From Atribacteria bacterium SCGC AAA255-G05 (GTDB taxonomy: Bacteria > Atribacterota > Phoenicimicrobiia > Phoenicimicrobiales > Phoenicimicrobiaceae): 44,406 bases of DNA. The notes beneath the pieces are model-generated. The model saw only the letters and a list, made by a program, of their open reading frames with translations. It did not search any database and was not told where the DNA came from. The stretch is from contig ASPA01000005.1 of the NCBI GenBank assembly GCA_000405605.1, forward strand, positions 1-44,406, written 5' to 3'. Position numbers and translations under genes: made by a program. Positions 10,358 to 20,529 of the stretch are shown here, one piece after another (position 1 is the first letter of the stretch; each line of letters opens with the position of its first letter).

Positions 10358-11052
10358 TCTGCTAAACCTTCTAACTTAAGTGCATCTTCTAAATAACTTA
10401 CATCCTCTCCTTTAATAGTGGCCCAATTTTTAGCAAATAATTCTTCTGCCTTGATACTTAATGGGTGTTCCATCATCTCCTTAATTAAGGGATAACGCAT
10501 ACCAACAGCATCTACCCCGGCAGAAAGTGCTAAATCAATATCCCCTACATTCCTCAGACTAACAGCTATAATCTCAGGAGCCTTTTCCAGCTGGCTATAA
10601 CCTTTTTTAATATTTTTAAGTATAGTTTCTGGATCCATTCCAATCTCTTTTGCTCTTGATATAAATGGACAGATACCAAAAGCACCTACACAAGCCGCTA
10701 CTGCCGCCTGTGCTATCGTAAACACACAAGTAGCAATACATTTTATGCCTTCTTGTTGTAACTGTCTAATTGCCCAAAATCCCTTTTCATCCGATATTAT
10801 CTTAAAGCCTACCTGGGGAGAAATGGCATGTAGGTTTCTAGCTTTCTCCAGTATTTCTTTTGTTGATTTTCCATGAATTTGCATAAAAATAGGTAAATCC
10901 GTAACTTCAACGATTGCTTTTGTAATTTCCTCCAGAGTCATTTTACCCTGAAAGTACTGTTCATAACCCTGGGGATTTGTTAGTATCCCCGCTACACCGA
11001 GCTGAGTACATTTCTTAATTTCTTCTGGCGTTCCCGCCCCATAGATCTTCAT
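10354..11052 (-). CDS. Transaldolase-family protein (fructose-6-phosphate aldolase/TalC-like)
   Basis: 232 aa. GILTNP (compare GVTTNP), FKIISDEKG (Schiff-base Lys position, compare VKVPvTaeG) and GIKCIATCVFTIAQAAVAACVGAFGICPFISR all align with the FSA/TalC pattern. Confidence 0.8.
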   Translation of the reverse strand: MKIYGAGTPEEIKKCTQLGVAGILTNPQGYEQYFQGKMTLEEITKAIVEVTDLPIFMQIHGKSTKEILEKARNLHAISPQVGFKIISDEKGFWAIRQLQQEGIKCIATCVFTIAQAAVAACVGAFGICPFISRAKEIGMDPETILKNIKKGYSQLEKAPEIIAVSLRNVGDIDLALSAGVDAVGMRYPLIKEMMEHPLSIKAEELFAKNWATIKGEDVSYLEDALKLEGLAE

Positions 11053-11097
11053 TATAAAAAACTCCTATTCAAATAAAATTAATATATTGTGTTAACT

Positions 11098-12348
11098 TTA
11101 TATCCTTTTAAGAGAACCTTCCCACATCATTTCAAGTAATTCTCTTGCTTCATGCTCAGTTAACTCTCGGGGATTTTTATCCCTGTAGTATTTATTGACC
11201 AACTCACTGGCAAAAACATTAATTTCTGATCTTTCTATAGCTAAATCCTGCAGTCTTGCTGGTACTTTAACCTTCAGTAAAAGTTGATAAAAACCCTCAA
11301 TAGCCTTAAATGCTCTTTCTTCATCTGAAATATTACTAATATCTTCCTGTAAAATATATCTTGCCATTTTAAGTAATACAGGTTTTATGTAATCAAAATT
11401 AAACAAGAGAGTATAGGGTAAAGCAAGCCCACATCCGACACCATGTGGCACTCCATTACGCAAGGTTAAAATATAGGATAAACTATGGGCATAAAGGCCT
11501 CCACCTTGTGCATATGACATCATTCCCAACACTGAAGCACAGGACATATAGTATCTTGCTTCAAGATCTAAGCCATTTCTACAGGCTTTTTCCAGATAAC
11601 GAAAGACATATTTGATACACTGATAGCTTAAAGCCTCTGTAAATGGGTTAGTATTGGCAATTAATCCTTCGACGCCATGTGATAGAGTATCCAATCCAGT
11701 TGCAGCAGTAACTTTTTCAGGCATTGATACGGTCAATAAAGGATCTACGAGTGCTATTGTGGCATAGATATAGGGTGAACCAATAAATAATTTCTTATCT
11801 TCCTTACTAAGTACAATAAAAGGACTTACTTCACTACCTGTACCAGAAGTAGTGGGAATTAAGACATTGGGTAATCCTTCTTTTACGATAGGAGTACCTG
11901 TCATGTAATCTTCTATATCCCCATCATTTGTTGCCATAATAGAAGCAGTTTTAGCCATGTCCATCACACTGCCACCACCAAGTCCAATTACCAGTGAATA
12001 TTCTTTTTTTCTAACCATCTCCTGAACCTTCCGGGCCATCTCAAGCTTAGGTTCCGGCTCGACCTCAGAGAAAAGAGTAACCTGGCAATCTTTCTCTTTT
12101 AAAGAATTAATTACAATTTGGTGTATCTTAAGACTTACAATATTGTTGTCAGTTATCAACAAAATCCTGTCATGAAAAAATCCTGCAACCTGTTTGTCTA
12201 TCTTCCCGGCCAGACCAAAACCGATAATAACTTTTCCTGAAGGCTTTACTCCTGCAGTCTGAAAAATAATATTATTACTCAATTTTTCGGGAATTTTCTT
12301 CTTAAGAACATTGTAATCCATTAACTCCTCCTCTAAAAAACTAACCAT
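11098..12348 (-). CDS. Iron-containing (group III) alcohol dehydrogenase
   Basis: 416 aa. GLGGGSVMDMAKTAS and IPTTSGTGSEVS motifs plus the downstream metal-binding histidine region. The start may instead be the MDYNVL Met at 12321. Confidence 0.9.
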   Translation of the reverse strand: MVSFLEEELMDYNVLKKKIPEKLSNNIIFQTAGVKPSGKVIIGFGLAGKIDKQVAGFFHDRILLITDNNIVSLKIHQIVINSLKEKDCQVTLFSEVEPEPKLEMARKVQEMVRKKEYSLVIGLGGGSVMDMAKTASIMATNDGDIEDYMTGTPIVKEGLPNVLIPTTSGTGSEVSPFIVLSKEDKKLFIGSPYIYATIALVDPLLTVSMPEKVTAATGLDTLSHGVEGLIANTNPFTEALSYQCIKYVFRYLEKACRNGLDLEARYYMSCASVLGMMSYAQGGGLYAHSLSYILTLRNGVPHGVGCGLALPYTLLFNFDYIKPVLLKMARYILQEDISNISDEERAFKAIEGFYQLLLKVKVPARLQDLAIERSEINVFASELVNKYYRDKNPRELTEHEARELLEMMWEGSLKRI

Positions 12349-13102
12349 TTATTCTCTTGCGATGCACATAATATTTGTACTTATCACCTCGGGAAAAGGA
12401 TACAACAAATTGAATTGCTCGACCATCACTTAAATAAGTTACTTGTTCAACCTTAACAACCGGTTGATTCTTTCCCATTTGTAACATCTCAGCAATAAAT
12501 TCATCTGCAAGCATAGCCTCAATCGAGGCATTAGCATCGCTTATCTTGAGACCATACTTTTCTTCAAGTATTGAAAATAGAGAACCATTTAAATCCTCTT
12601 CAATTAAGCGGGGACAGACCTTGAAAGGAATAAAGGATGTCTCCCAGATAATTGGTTGGCTATCAGATTCCCTTAACCTTGCCAGTTTGATAACTTTATC
12701 TCCGGTATTAATATCTAACCTACCGGCTATTTCTTTAGAAGCGGAAACAACTTCTTCCTTTAGGACAGTTGTTACTATTTTATATTTAGACCGCCCTAAA
12801 TCACTGGTTAAACTGGACAATTGAGAAAGATCGCGTTCTATTTTGTCATAATTAATTTTTTTAACAAAGGTCCCTTTACCCTGTTCTCTTAACAAAAGCC
12901 CTTCTTCAACCAGCTGATCTGTAGCTTTTCTTACTGTCATCCTGCTGACATTAAATAATTCACTTAATTGATTCTCTGATAAAAGTCTTTCACCAGGTTG
13001 AATTTCCCCATCTTTTATCTTAGTATGTATTGCTTCTTTCAATTGATAATAAGCAGGTATGTGATTAGATTTATCAATCTTTTTAAACTTTATCTGAAAC
13101 AC
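12341..13102 (-). CDS. GntR-family transcriptional regulator, HutC subfamily (wHTH + UTRA)
   Basis: 253 aa, GTG start. PGERLLSENQLSELFNVSRMTVRKATDQLVEEGLLLREQGKGTFV followed by a UTRA-like C-terminal domain. Confidence 0.9.
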   Translation of the reverse strand: MFQIKFKKIDKSNHIPAYYQLKEAIHTKIKDGEIQPGERLLSENQLSELFNVSRMTVRKATDQLVEEGLLLREQGKGTFVKKINYDKIERDLSQLSSLTSDLGRSKYKIVTTVLKEEVVSASKEIAGRLDINTGDKVIKLARLRESDSQPIIWETSFIPFKVCPRLIEEDLNGSLFSILEEKYGLKISDANASIEAMLADEFIAEMLQMGKNQPVVKVEQVTYLSDGRAIQFVVSFSRGDKYKYYVHRKRING

Positions 13103-13131
13103 CCGCCTCTCTAACTTATTCTAACTTATAT

Positions 13132-13169
13132 AGATGTATATATAATATACATTATACATATATACATCT
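13132..13169. promoter_or_regulatory. 12-bp perfect inverted repeat, candidate GntR/HutC operator
   Basis: AGATGTATATAT (13132-13143) and ATATATACATCT (13158-13169) are separated by 14 nt and lie 30-67 nt upstream of the GntR start. The DNA is AT-rich, so chance cannot be excluded. Confidence 0.35.
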
Positions 13170-13349
13170 TATCGTTATTTATATTATAAAACCTACTATC
13201 AGGAATGTCAATTCTTTTCTAAAGATTTTTTTCAATATTTTTTAAATTATCTAACTACCCCACCAGATTTTATACTAACGGGAATATTTTTAGAATTTTT
13301 TGAAAGAAATTAGGGTTATCAAATGAAGATGACTGAAGATAAAACTTAA

Positions 13350-14042
13350 TTAAAAAGTCTCCCTAAATTGACAATTCGTTGCCAGACAAATTTTACAAGA
13401 ATCATCTCTTTTAGATGGTATGATAATTTCTTTTCCTATTACCCAGGATAATGATTTTTTAGGAACCATCATATAAGATTCGGTTAATTTTACCCCAATT
13501 TTATCAGCTGGAATAATTTGAAAAATGTTTTTCTGTTGGTGTATATCCCAATCACCGGAGCCAGGACTAAAATGTTTAGTAGTTTGAAGATTTTGTTCTT
13601 TTGCCTCCTGGCAAACTAAACTTTTAATATAATTACTTAAAAACTTAGCCGCTACTGTACCTACCGCATCAAGAGCGATTGCCTTAGGATATTCGTTCTT
13701 AGCAAATAATTCAGCCACTTTTTCTTCTAAATGATTACCTATAGTTGATAATCCAAAAGCTAAGTAACTCGTTCCTCTTAATAAATTAAGCATAGAATTA
13801 TTTATTTCTAAATGTAATCCATTTTCTAAATTAATTCTTCCATCTGAAAAAGATATCTGTTTAATTTTAGTGGAAGAATAAATTCCTTGTGGCTCAAATA
13901 GATTATGACCGCGGGTAATCTCTTCCCGAGCAATCTGCAAAATAACTTCGCTCGGGTTTTTTACCTTATTCTTGCTATAACCTTGATATCTTAAAACTTC
14001 TTCTTCGTCTATTTTTAATTTAATATTTTTTATTATTTTCAT
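13350..14042 (-). CDS. Methionine-synthase (MetH) activation-domain-like protein
   Basis: 230 aa. HFSPGSGDWDIHQQKNIFQIIPADKIGVKLTESYMMVPKKSLSWVIG matches the Met_synt_B12 signature (SPGYGDW...LTES..M.P.KS). Cys-rich C-terminal CKICLATNC. Confidence 0.75.
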   Translation of the reverse strand: MKIIKNIKLKIDEEEVLRYQGYSKNKVKNPSEVILQIAREEITRGHNLFEPQGIYSSTKIKQISFSDGRINLENGLHLEINNSMLNLLRGTSYLAFGLSTIGNHLEEKVAELFAKNEYPKAIALDAVGTVAAKFLSNYIKSLVCQEAKEQNLQTTKHFSPGSGDWDIHQQKNIFQIIPADKIGVKLTESYMMVPKKSLSWVIGKEIIIPSKRDDSCKICLATNCQFRETF

Positions 14043-14066
14043 ATAAATTCTTTCTTAGTTAATTAT

Positions 14067-15941
14067 TTAGCTTTTAAAAAACATTGCTTTAATAAATTCT
14101 TCTTGAAAATCAGCCCTTGAAGATAATTCTATATATTTAATATCTTTGGATATCTTTTCACATATTTCCCTCGTTTTTTCAGAAAGCAAAGTTATCTCTG
14201 CTCCTCTTCCGGCTGTATTACCAACTGATTCTATTTTCTCTAAAGACAAATAAGGGATTAATCCTATTCTTATTGCACTTTTCTTATCAATAAAATTACC
14301 AAATGCTCCAGCCAGTAATATTTTTTGAATATCATCCTGAGAAATATTGACCTCTTTTAAAAGTATTTTTATTCCTGCAAATATTGCTGCTTTAGCTAAT
14401 TGCACTTCTCTAACGTCTCTCTGAGTAAGATAAATAGGATTCCCGCTTTCTGTTTCCTTCCCCCTTACTATAAGAAATTTATTACCTTTTTGTCCATCAA
14501 TAATTCTATTTTTAATCTCTTCGCTTAAATTAGGGTCACATTCTCCCCTATCTATAAGCTTGCCACTTTTATCTATCAGCCCTAATTTAACTAATTCAGC
14601 AATTAGATCAATTAACCCCGAACCGCAAATACCCCTAACTTTACCATCTTTTATTACCCTATAAGTAATAGACTTATTATCCATCTTAACTTTATCTATA
14701 GCCCCTTCCGCTGCTCTCATTCCTGAACTAATACGAGCTCCCTCAAAAGCGGGTCCAGCTGCTGTAGAGCAAGTCCACATTTTTCTCTTTGAGCCTAAAA
14801 CTATCTCTCCATTAGTCCCTAAATCGATAAAAAGAGATATTTTCTCATTTTCGTACATACGAATTGCTAAAATTCCGGCTACAATATCCGCTCCTACAAA
14901 TGCTGAAATGTTAGGGAGCATATAAACATTTGCTGTTGGCTCAAGTATTAATTTTGGAATATCTTTTGCTTTTAAATTAAGATTTTCTTTTATTACCGGA
15001 ATATAAGGGGAAGGTGCGATATAAGAAGGATTAAGCCCTAATAAAAAGTGATGCATACAGGTATTACCAGCAATTGTTATTTTATATATATTATTTGTAT
15101 CAACTCCTGCCTTTTGAGCAGCTTCTTTGATTATTTCATTTAAAGTATTTACTATCTCTCTTTGTAATATTTCTAAATTCTCTTTTTGTTTTTGAGCAAA
15201 TCCAATTCGTGAAATAACATCATCACCATAAATAATTTGAGGATTAGCTTTAGCCACAGCAGAAAGCTCTTCACCGGTATTTAAATCAACTAAATATCCT
15301 GCTACTGTAGTTGTTCCAACATCAAAAGCAATACCATAACTAGTTTTAGTAGTATTGCCTTTTTCTACATTAATAATTTCATTATTATACAAAATAACTG
15401 TTATTTTAAAATTAGCTTCCCTAATTAAAACAGGAATTTTCTTTAATATTTCTAAACAGGCCTTTAAATTAGAAATATTTTCTATCTTTTTTAAAGACAA
15501 TCCATCTTTAATTCTTTCCCAATCTGACCTCTGGTCATCTAAAGAAGGTTTTTCCAAATCTAAAAATACCTTCTTTAGATTAGTGCCAAGAGAAAAATTA
15601 TTTTTAATGCGGTCAATATCTCCTTTTAAATTAGAGGAAAATACTCTTTTAAAATCCAACCTAATTTCTGAAGGCAGCTCTATTATGCTATCCTGAAAAA
15701 GTTTAGCTTGACAGGCTAATCTAAAACCTTTTTTTATTTCTTCTTTTGATAAAAGTTCTTCTTCTAAAGGAACAGCTGCGGCAATTCCTTTTTTAACTAA
15801 TACTTTGCACTTACCACAAATTCCCTTTCCTCCACAAGGAGTATTAATGTTCATTCCTACCTCTTCTAATGCTTCCAGTATAGTAGTTCCTTCATTTACT
15901 TTAATGTTTTTTTTATCAGGTAAGAAAGTTATTTTTATCAT
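14067..15941 (-). CDS. Reductive activator of corrinoid proteins (RACo-type: N-terminal [2Fe-2S] ferredoxin + ASKHA ATPase)
   Basis: 624 aa. Plant-type ferredoxin motif CGGKGICGKCKV. ASKHA phosphate motifs (GIAFDVGTTTVAGYL, FIDLGTNGEI, GAFGN). Confidence 0.85.
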   Translation of the reverse strand: MIKITFLPDKKNIKVNEGTTILEALEEVGMNINTPCGGKGICGKCKVLVKKGIAAAVPLEEELLSKEEIKKGFRLACQAKLFQDSIIELPSEIRLDFKRVFSSNLKGDIDRIKNNFSLGTNLKKVFLDLEKPSLDDQRSDWERIKDGLSLKKIENISNLKACLEILKKIPVLIREANFKITVILYNNEIINVEKGNTTKTSYGIAFDVGTTTVAGYLVDLNTGEELSAVAKANPQIIYGDDVISRIGFAQKQKENLEILQREIVNTLNEIIKEAAQKAGVDTNNIYKITIAGNTCMHHFLLGLNPSYIAPSPYIPVIKENLNLKAKDIPKLILEPTANVYMLPNISAFVGADIVAGILAIRMYENEKISLFIDLGTNGEIVLGSKRKMWTCSTAAGPAFEGARISSGMRAAEGAIDKVKMDNKSITYRVIKDGKVRGICGSGLIDLIAELVKLGLIDKSGKLIDRGECDPNLSEEIKNRIIDGQKGNKFLIVRGKETESGNPIYLTQRDVREVQLAKAAIFAGIKILLKEVNISQDDIQKILLAGAFGNFIDKKSAIRIGLIPYLSLEKIESVGNTAGRGAEITLLSEKTREICEKISKDIKYIELSSRADFQEEFIKAMFFKS

Positions 15942-15973
15942 TTATTTTATAAAGACATCCTTTCGTTTATCAT

Positions 15974-16019
15974 GGGCACGATACATCGTGCCCCTACTTG
16001 GGCGTATTGCAATACGCCC
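15974..16019. repeat. Two tandem GC-rich palindromic units (REP-like)
   Basis: GGGCACGA-taca-TCGTGCCC (15974-15993) and GGGCGTATTGCAATACGCCC (16000-16019). Each is followed by CTACT. No U-run on either strand. Located between the fhs stop and the RACo start. Confidence 0.6.
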
Positions 16020-16055
16020 CTACTAACGACTATTCACTATTCACTAACGACTAAT

Positions 16056-17753
16056 TTAGAACAATCCCACCGTATTCCCATTCTCATCGATATCTACTTT
16101 AGTAGCCGCCGGTACGGAAGGTAGCCCTGGCATAGTCATCATGGTTCCTAAAAGAGGATAGAGAAAACCTGCTCCTACTGATGCCCTGACATCTCTTACA
16201 GGTATACGGAAATTACGAGGTCTGCCTTTAACCGAGGGATCATGAGATAGGGAAAGATGAGTCTTAGCCATACAGATGGGGAGTTTATCAAAACCTATTT
16301 CACTAAATAATTTAATCTTTTTTTCAGCTAAGCTGGTATAGTCTACACCATCTGCACCGTAAATTTTGGTGGCGATAGTCTCAATCTTCTCTTTAATGGA
16401 TATATTAAGGGGATAGAGGTGGTGAAAATCGTTGGGTTTGTTGGTTGCTTCCACTACAGCTTCTGCTAATTCTATTGCCCCTTCTCCTCCTTTGGCCCAG
16501 ACTTCATGGGTAACCGCAGCGGTTGCTCCGGCAGCTAAGGCTTTTTCTTTAACCAGTTTGATCTCAGCCGGGGTATCGGTGGGGAAGCGGTTGATAACTA
16601 CTATGGGAGGCAGGCCGTGCAAGAGGACATTTTCTATGTGTTTCTCTAAGTTCTCACAACCTTTAGCTACAGAGTCTAAATCTTCCCGGGCTAGTGTTTC
16701 CTGGTCCAATGGTTCCCCGGCTACTACTTTTATCGCCCCACCGTGCATCTTTAAGGCGCGTACGGTACATACCACCACTGCTGAATCTACTTTCAGGCCG
16801 CTGGTACGGCACTTGATATTACACATCTTTTCAAAACCCATATCAGCACCAAAGCCGGATTCGGTGACCACATAGTCAGCACATTTGCAGGCGATGAGGT
16901 CAGCCAGAACGGAATTATTCCCGTGGGCAATATTGGCAAAGGGACCGCAGTGCATCAGACAGGGTCCGTGTTCCAAGGTCTGGATGAGGTTGGGTTTTAG
17001 AGCCTCTTTTAAGAGGACGGTCATGGCCCCGGCCGCCTTCAGGTCTTCGGCGGTGACCGGGAGGCCATCTTTGGTATAAGCCACGGTCATCCGAGCCAAT
17101 CGCGCTCGAAGATCAAAGATATCGGTAGCCAGAGAGAGGATAGCCATCACCTCTGAGGCCACGGTAATATCATAACCAGTTTCCCGGGGGAGGCCGTTGG
17201 CTTTACCCCCCAGGCCGATCACTATTTGACGTAAGGCACGGTCAGAGATATCCACCACCCGGTTGATATTGATGTTATGGATATCGATACCCAATTTATT
17301 ACCTTTCTGCAGGTGGGTATCCAGCAGGGCACAGAGCAGGTTATTGGCTGCGCCTACGGCATGGATGTCTCCGGTAAAGTGAAGATTAAGGTCTTCCATA
17401 GGAACGACTTGAGAATATCCTCCTCCGGCTGCTCCACCTTTAATACCGAAGACCGGACCCATAGATGGTTCCCTTAAAGTATTAATTACTTTCTTACCTA
17501 TTTTAGCCAGACCCTGGCCTAAGCCGATAGAAGTTACTGTCTTACCTTCACCCAGTGGGGTAGGGGTAATAGCAGTTACTACAATGTATTTGCCTTGAGG
17601 TCTATCTTGTAGTCTCTTTAAGATATCGGGGGAGACTTTGGCTTTGTACTTACCATAAAGGTCTAATTCATCTTCTTTTATCCCGATTGATTCTGCTATT
17701 TCGGTAATAGGTTTTAATTTTGCTTCCTGGGCAATTTTTAGATCTGATTTCAT
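16056..17753 (-). CDS. fhs: Formate--tetrahydrofolate ligase
   Basis: 565 aa. Highly conserved FTHFS pattern (TPTPLGEGKTVTSIGL, EPSMGPVFGIKGGAAGGGY, GFGADMGFEKM). GGAGG SD. Confidence 0.97.
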   Translation of the reverse strand: MKSDLKIAQEAKLKPITEIAESIGIKEDELDLYGKYKAKVSPDILKRLQDRPQGKYIVVTAITPTPLGEGKTVTSIGLGQGLAKIGKKVINTLREPSMGPVFGIKGGAAGGGYSQVVPMEDLNLHFTGDIHAVGAANNLLCALLDTHLQKGNKLGIDIHNININRVVDISDRALRQIVIGLGGKANGLPRETGYDITVASEVMAILSLATDIFDLRARLARMTVAYTKDGLPVTAEDLKAAGAMTVLLKEALKPNLIQTLEHGPCLMHCGPFANIAHGNNSVLADLIACKCADYVVTESGFGADMGFEKMCNIKCRTSGLKVDSAVVVCTVRALKMHGGAIKVVAGEPLDQETLAREDLDSVAKGCENLEKHIENVLLHGLPPIVVINRFPTDTPAEIKLVKEKALAAGATAAVTHEVWAKGGEGAIELAEAVVEATNKPNDFHHLYPLNISIKEKIETIATKIYGADGVDYTSLAEKKIKLFSEIGFDKLPICMAKTHLSLSHDPSVKGRPRNFRIPVRDVRASVGAGFLYPLLGTMMTMPGLPSVPAATKVDIDENGNTVGLF

Positions 17754-17772
17754 GGGGCGCCTCCTTGAGTTT

Positions 17773-18591
17773 TTATTTTATTTCGAAAGTTAACTTACCT
17801 TCTCTATAGGCCTGGATATAGCCACTGCAAAAATTATCCTCTCCCAGAAGAGTCATAGCAGTCTTGGTAATAGCCATCATTCTTTTATCTGTAGAATCAA
17901 TGATTGCTGCATCCATGCCACAGCCCATAGTCAAAATCATAAAGACTTGATTGATGAGCTTTCTCTCCGGAAGACCATAAGATATATTACTTAAACCCGT
18001 GACTATTTTAACTTCAGGATGGGCTTCCTTAACGCTTTTTATCGTTTCCATGGTTACCAAGCCATTTTTATCACTGGTTCCGATAGGCACTACTAAGGGA
18101 TCAATAAATATGTCTTTTAAAGGAACTCCGACATCAGTTAATACTTTTATTAATTTTTTGGCAATCTCAACCCGGGTTTTGGAATTATCAGGAATGCCTC
18201 GTTCATCCATAACAAGCGCTACTACCGCACATTTATATTTTACTATGGCAGGTAATAATCTATCAATTTTTTCTTTCTCACCGGTAATTGAATTAATTAA
18301 AGCTTTGCCTTTGTCCCAATTGTAAACTTCCAAGCCTTTTTCAATCTCTTCTGCGTTAGGACTATCAATGCATAAAGGGACATCTACCGCCTCTTGAACT
18401 GTTTTTACTAACCATTCCATATTTTCTTCTTTGTCACCACTGGCAGCGGAGGAATTTACATCCAGCATCTCAGCTCCACCTTCTACTTGCTTTTTGGCTA
18501 AATCCTGAATAGATTTTACATCTCTATTCTCAATCATTTCTCTAACTTGTTTCCGAGCAGAATTTAATTTTTCTCCGATAATTAACATCAT
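17773..18591 (-). CDS. Methyltetrahydrofolate:corrinoid methyltransferase (pterin-binding, MeTr/MtgA-like)
   Basis: 272 aa. IIGEKLNS start, LDVN, CIDS, NSI and GLSNISYGLP motifs of the pterin-binding TIM barrel. GGAGG SD. Confidence 0.85.
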   Translation of the reverse strand: MMLIIGEKLNSARKQVREMIENRDVKSIQDLAKKQVEGGAEMLDVNSSAASGDKEENMEWLVKTVQEAVDVPLCIDSPNAEEIEKGLEVYNWDKGKALINSITGEKEKIDRLLPAIVKYKCAVVALVMDERGIPDNSKTRVEIAKKLIKVLTDVGVPLKDIFIDPLVVPIGTSDKNGLVTMETIKSVKEAHPEVKIVTGLSNISYGLPERKLINQVFMILTMGCGMDAAIIDSTDKRMMAITKTAMTLLGEDNFCSGYIQAYREGKLTFEIK

Positions 18592-18679
18592 TTAACCTCC
18601 TTTTTTTACAAATACAAATAAATTATATCAAATGATTATACCTTATTGCTCAGTATCTATTGCAATAAGAATATTTGTT

Positions 18680-19699
18680 CTAAAGGTTGGTTATCCCCTT
18701 GACAATTTCAGGAATGATTTCAAACAGATCCCCGACTACGGCTATATCCGCAATCTGCATCATAGGTGTATCGGGGTTTTTGTCTATAGCTATGATCAAA
18801 TCACAAGACTGCATTCCTACAAGATGCTGAATCTGTCCGGAAATACCGCAGGCTATATAAACCTTTGTCTGAACTGTCTGTCCTGTCTGTCCGACCTGGT
18901 GTGCATAAGGGATCCAGCCCGAATCAACAGCTGCCCTGCTTGCACCTACAGCAGCTCCGCCTACCCTTTGGGCAAACTGTTTTAAAAGCTTAAAGCCTTC
19001 TGGACCTTTCATTCCCCTTCCGCCTGATATTATTATCTGTGCATCGGCAAGATTATAAGCAGTTTCGGTACTATGAAAAACATCTATTATCTGCTTGATC
19101 TTTTCGCTATCACTTGTAAGCATTTCTTCTTTTATAATTCTGCCGGTACGGCCGGGATCAGGTTCCGGTGATTTCATGACTCTTGGTCGTACGGTGGCCA
19201 TCTGAGGTCTGTGGTTTGAACAGCGGATAGTAGCCATGATATTACCACCAAAAGCCGGTCTTGTTTGAAGAAGGTCACCGTTTTCAGGGTCAATTGAAAG
19301 ACCCGTGCAGTCAGCTGTAAGACCACAATGTGTCATTACGGAAACTCGTGGAATCAGGGCACGTCCTCTCGTTGTGGCTCCGCAGATCACGACTTCGGGC
19401 TTATATTTTATGATAAGACGTTTCATGATTTTTGCTTCGGTTTCATCAATAAAACCGGATAATCCCGGATGGTCAACCACTATTACAACATCCGCTCCAT
19501 AGGCAAAAAGCGACTCTGGTTTTTCTTCAATACCGGATCCCATGACAACAACCCAGACTTCACTCTTTCTGAGATCTGCAAGAGTTCTTGCAGCACCTGT
19601 CAGCTCGTGTGTCACAGATTGTATTCCGCCGGCCAAAATCTCAGCGACTACCCATATATTGCGATATTCTTTTCTTTTAGCATCTGTAAAAGCTATCAT
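18680..19699 (-). CDS. etfA: Electron transfer flavoprotein alpha subunit (EtfA/FixB type)
   Basis: 339 aa. C-terminal FAD domain pattern: IIISGGRGMKGPEGF, VGASRAAVDSGW, QVGQTGQTV, YIACGISGQIQH. Confidence 0.9.
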   Translation of the reverse strand: MIAFTDAKRKEYRNIWVVAEILAGGIQSVTHELTGAARTLADLRKSEVWVVVMGSGIEEKPESLFAYGADVVIVVDHPGLSGFIDETEAKIMKRLIIKYKPEVVICGATTRGRALIPRVSVMTHCGLTADCTGLSIDPENGDLLQTRPAFGGNIMATIRCSNHRPQMATVRPRVMKSPEPDPGRTGRIIKEEMLTSDSEKIKQIIDVFHSTETAYNLADAQIIISGGRGMKGPEGFKLLKQFAQRVGGAAVGASRAAVDSGWIPYAHQVGQTGQTVQTKVYIACGISGQIQHLVGMQSCDLIIAIDKNPDTPMMQIADIAVVGDLFEIIPEIVKGITNL

Positions 19700-19715
19700 T
19701 TTTATCTCCTCTGGA

Positions 19716-20504
19716 TCAAACTATACTTCGCAGTCTTAACTCTCTTAGCAGACTCTGTGCACATTCTATTGAAGATCCTTCAATCTTTTTTGTGCTTGTG
19801 TGTCTGGGTGGTGGAGGCTGCGTTTTTACAACCCTTGTGGGTGATCCGTTCAGACCGATTTTTGATGTATCCGCACCTATATCACCGGGTTTCCATACTG
19901 GTACTTCACATTTATTTGAAGCCAGTCGGCCTTTAAGTGATGGTACACGGGGTGTATTGATGTCTTTTACGACGGTTATTACTGCAGGAAAAGACATTTC
20001 ACATATATCATAACCATCTTCATGCATCCTTTTGACCCTGATGGATGAGGAAGATATCTCTTCCACAGCCATAACATAAGTTGCTTGAAGCCAGTCAAGA
20101 TGAGCTGCAATTCCAGGACCTACCTGGGCTGTATCACCATCTATGGCCTGCTTACCGCAAATGACCAGATCAATATCCCCGATCTTTTTAATAGCTTTTG
20201 CAAGGGCATAGCTTGTAGCCCATGTATCCGAACCACCAAAAGCCCGGTCACTGAGCAGAATGGCTCTGTCAACTCCCACTGAAATAGCCTCTCTCAGGCT
20301 TGCTTCAGCTTTTGGCGGACCCATTGACAGGGCAATCACTTCTCCTCCGAATTTGTCTCTCAACTGTACACCTTCTTCCACAGCGTAAGTGTCAAAAGGA
20401 TTCAAGATCGCTTTCATACCTTCTCTTATGATGCGTTTTGTTTCAGGATCGATTTTAGCATCGTTAGTTGCCGGTACCTGCTTGATACATACTACTATTT
20501 TCAT
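19716..20504 (-). CDS. etfB: Electron transfer flavoprotein beta subunit (EtfB/FixA type), bifurcating-type signature
   Basis: 262 aa. MKIVVCIKQVP start. CGKQAIDGDTAQVGPGIAAHLDW motif. Confidence 0.9.
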   Translation of the reverse strand: MKIVVCIKQVPATNDAKIDPETKRIIREGMKAILNPFDTYAVEEGVQLRDKFGGEVIALSMGPPKAEASLREAISVGVDRAILLSDRAFGGSDTWATSYALAKAIKKIGDIDLVICGKQAIDGDTAQVGPGIAAHLDWLQATYVMAVEEISSSSIRVKRMHEDGYDICEMSFPAVITVVKDINTPRVPSLKGRLASNKCEVPVWKPGDIGADTSKIGLNGSPTRVVKTQPPPPRHTSTKKIEGSSIECAQSLLRELRLRSIV

Positions 20505-20529
20505 AACGCCTCCCTGCGATTACGGGTTC

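Noticed and set aside
10354-12348. Sulfoquinovose (sulfo-transaldolase / sulfo-transketolase) pathway, suggested by GntR + Fe-ADH + transaldolase-like genes and the split transketolase at 41688-43459
   Set aside because: No sulfoquinovosidase, sulfonate exporter or sulfo-sugar isomerase is recognisable. The gene combination is also compatible with many sugar-acid routes. This is pure speculation and is not reported.
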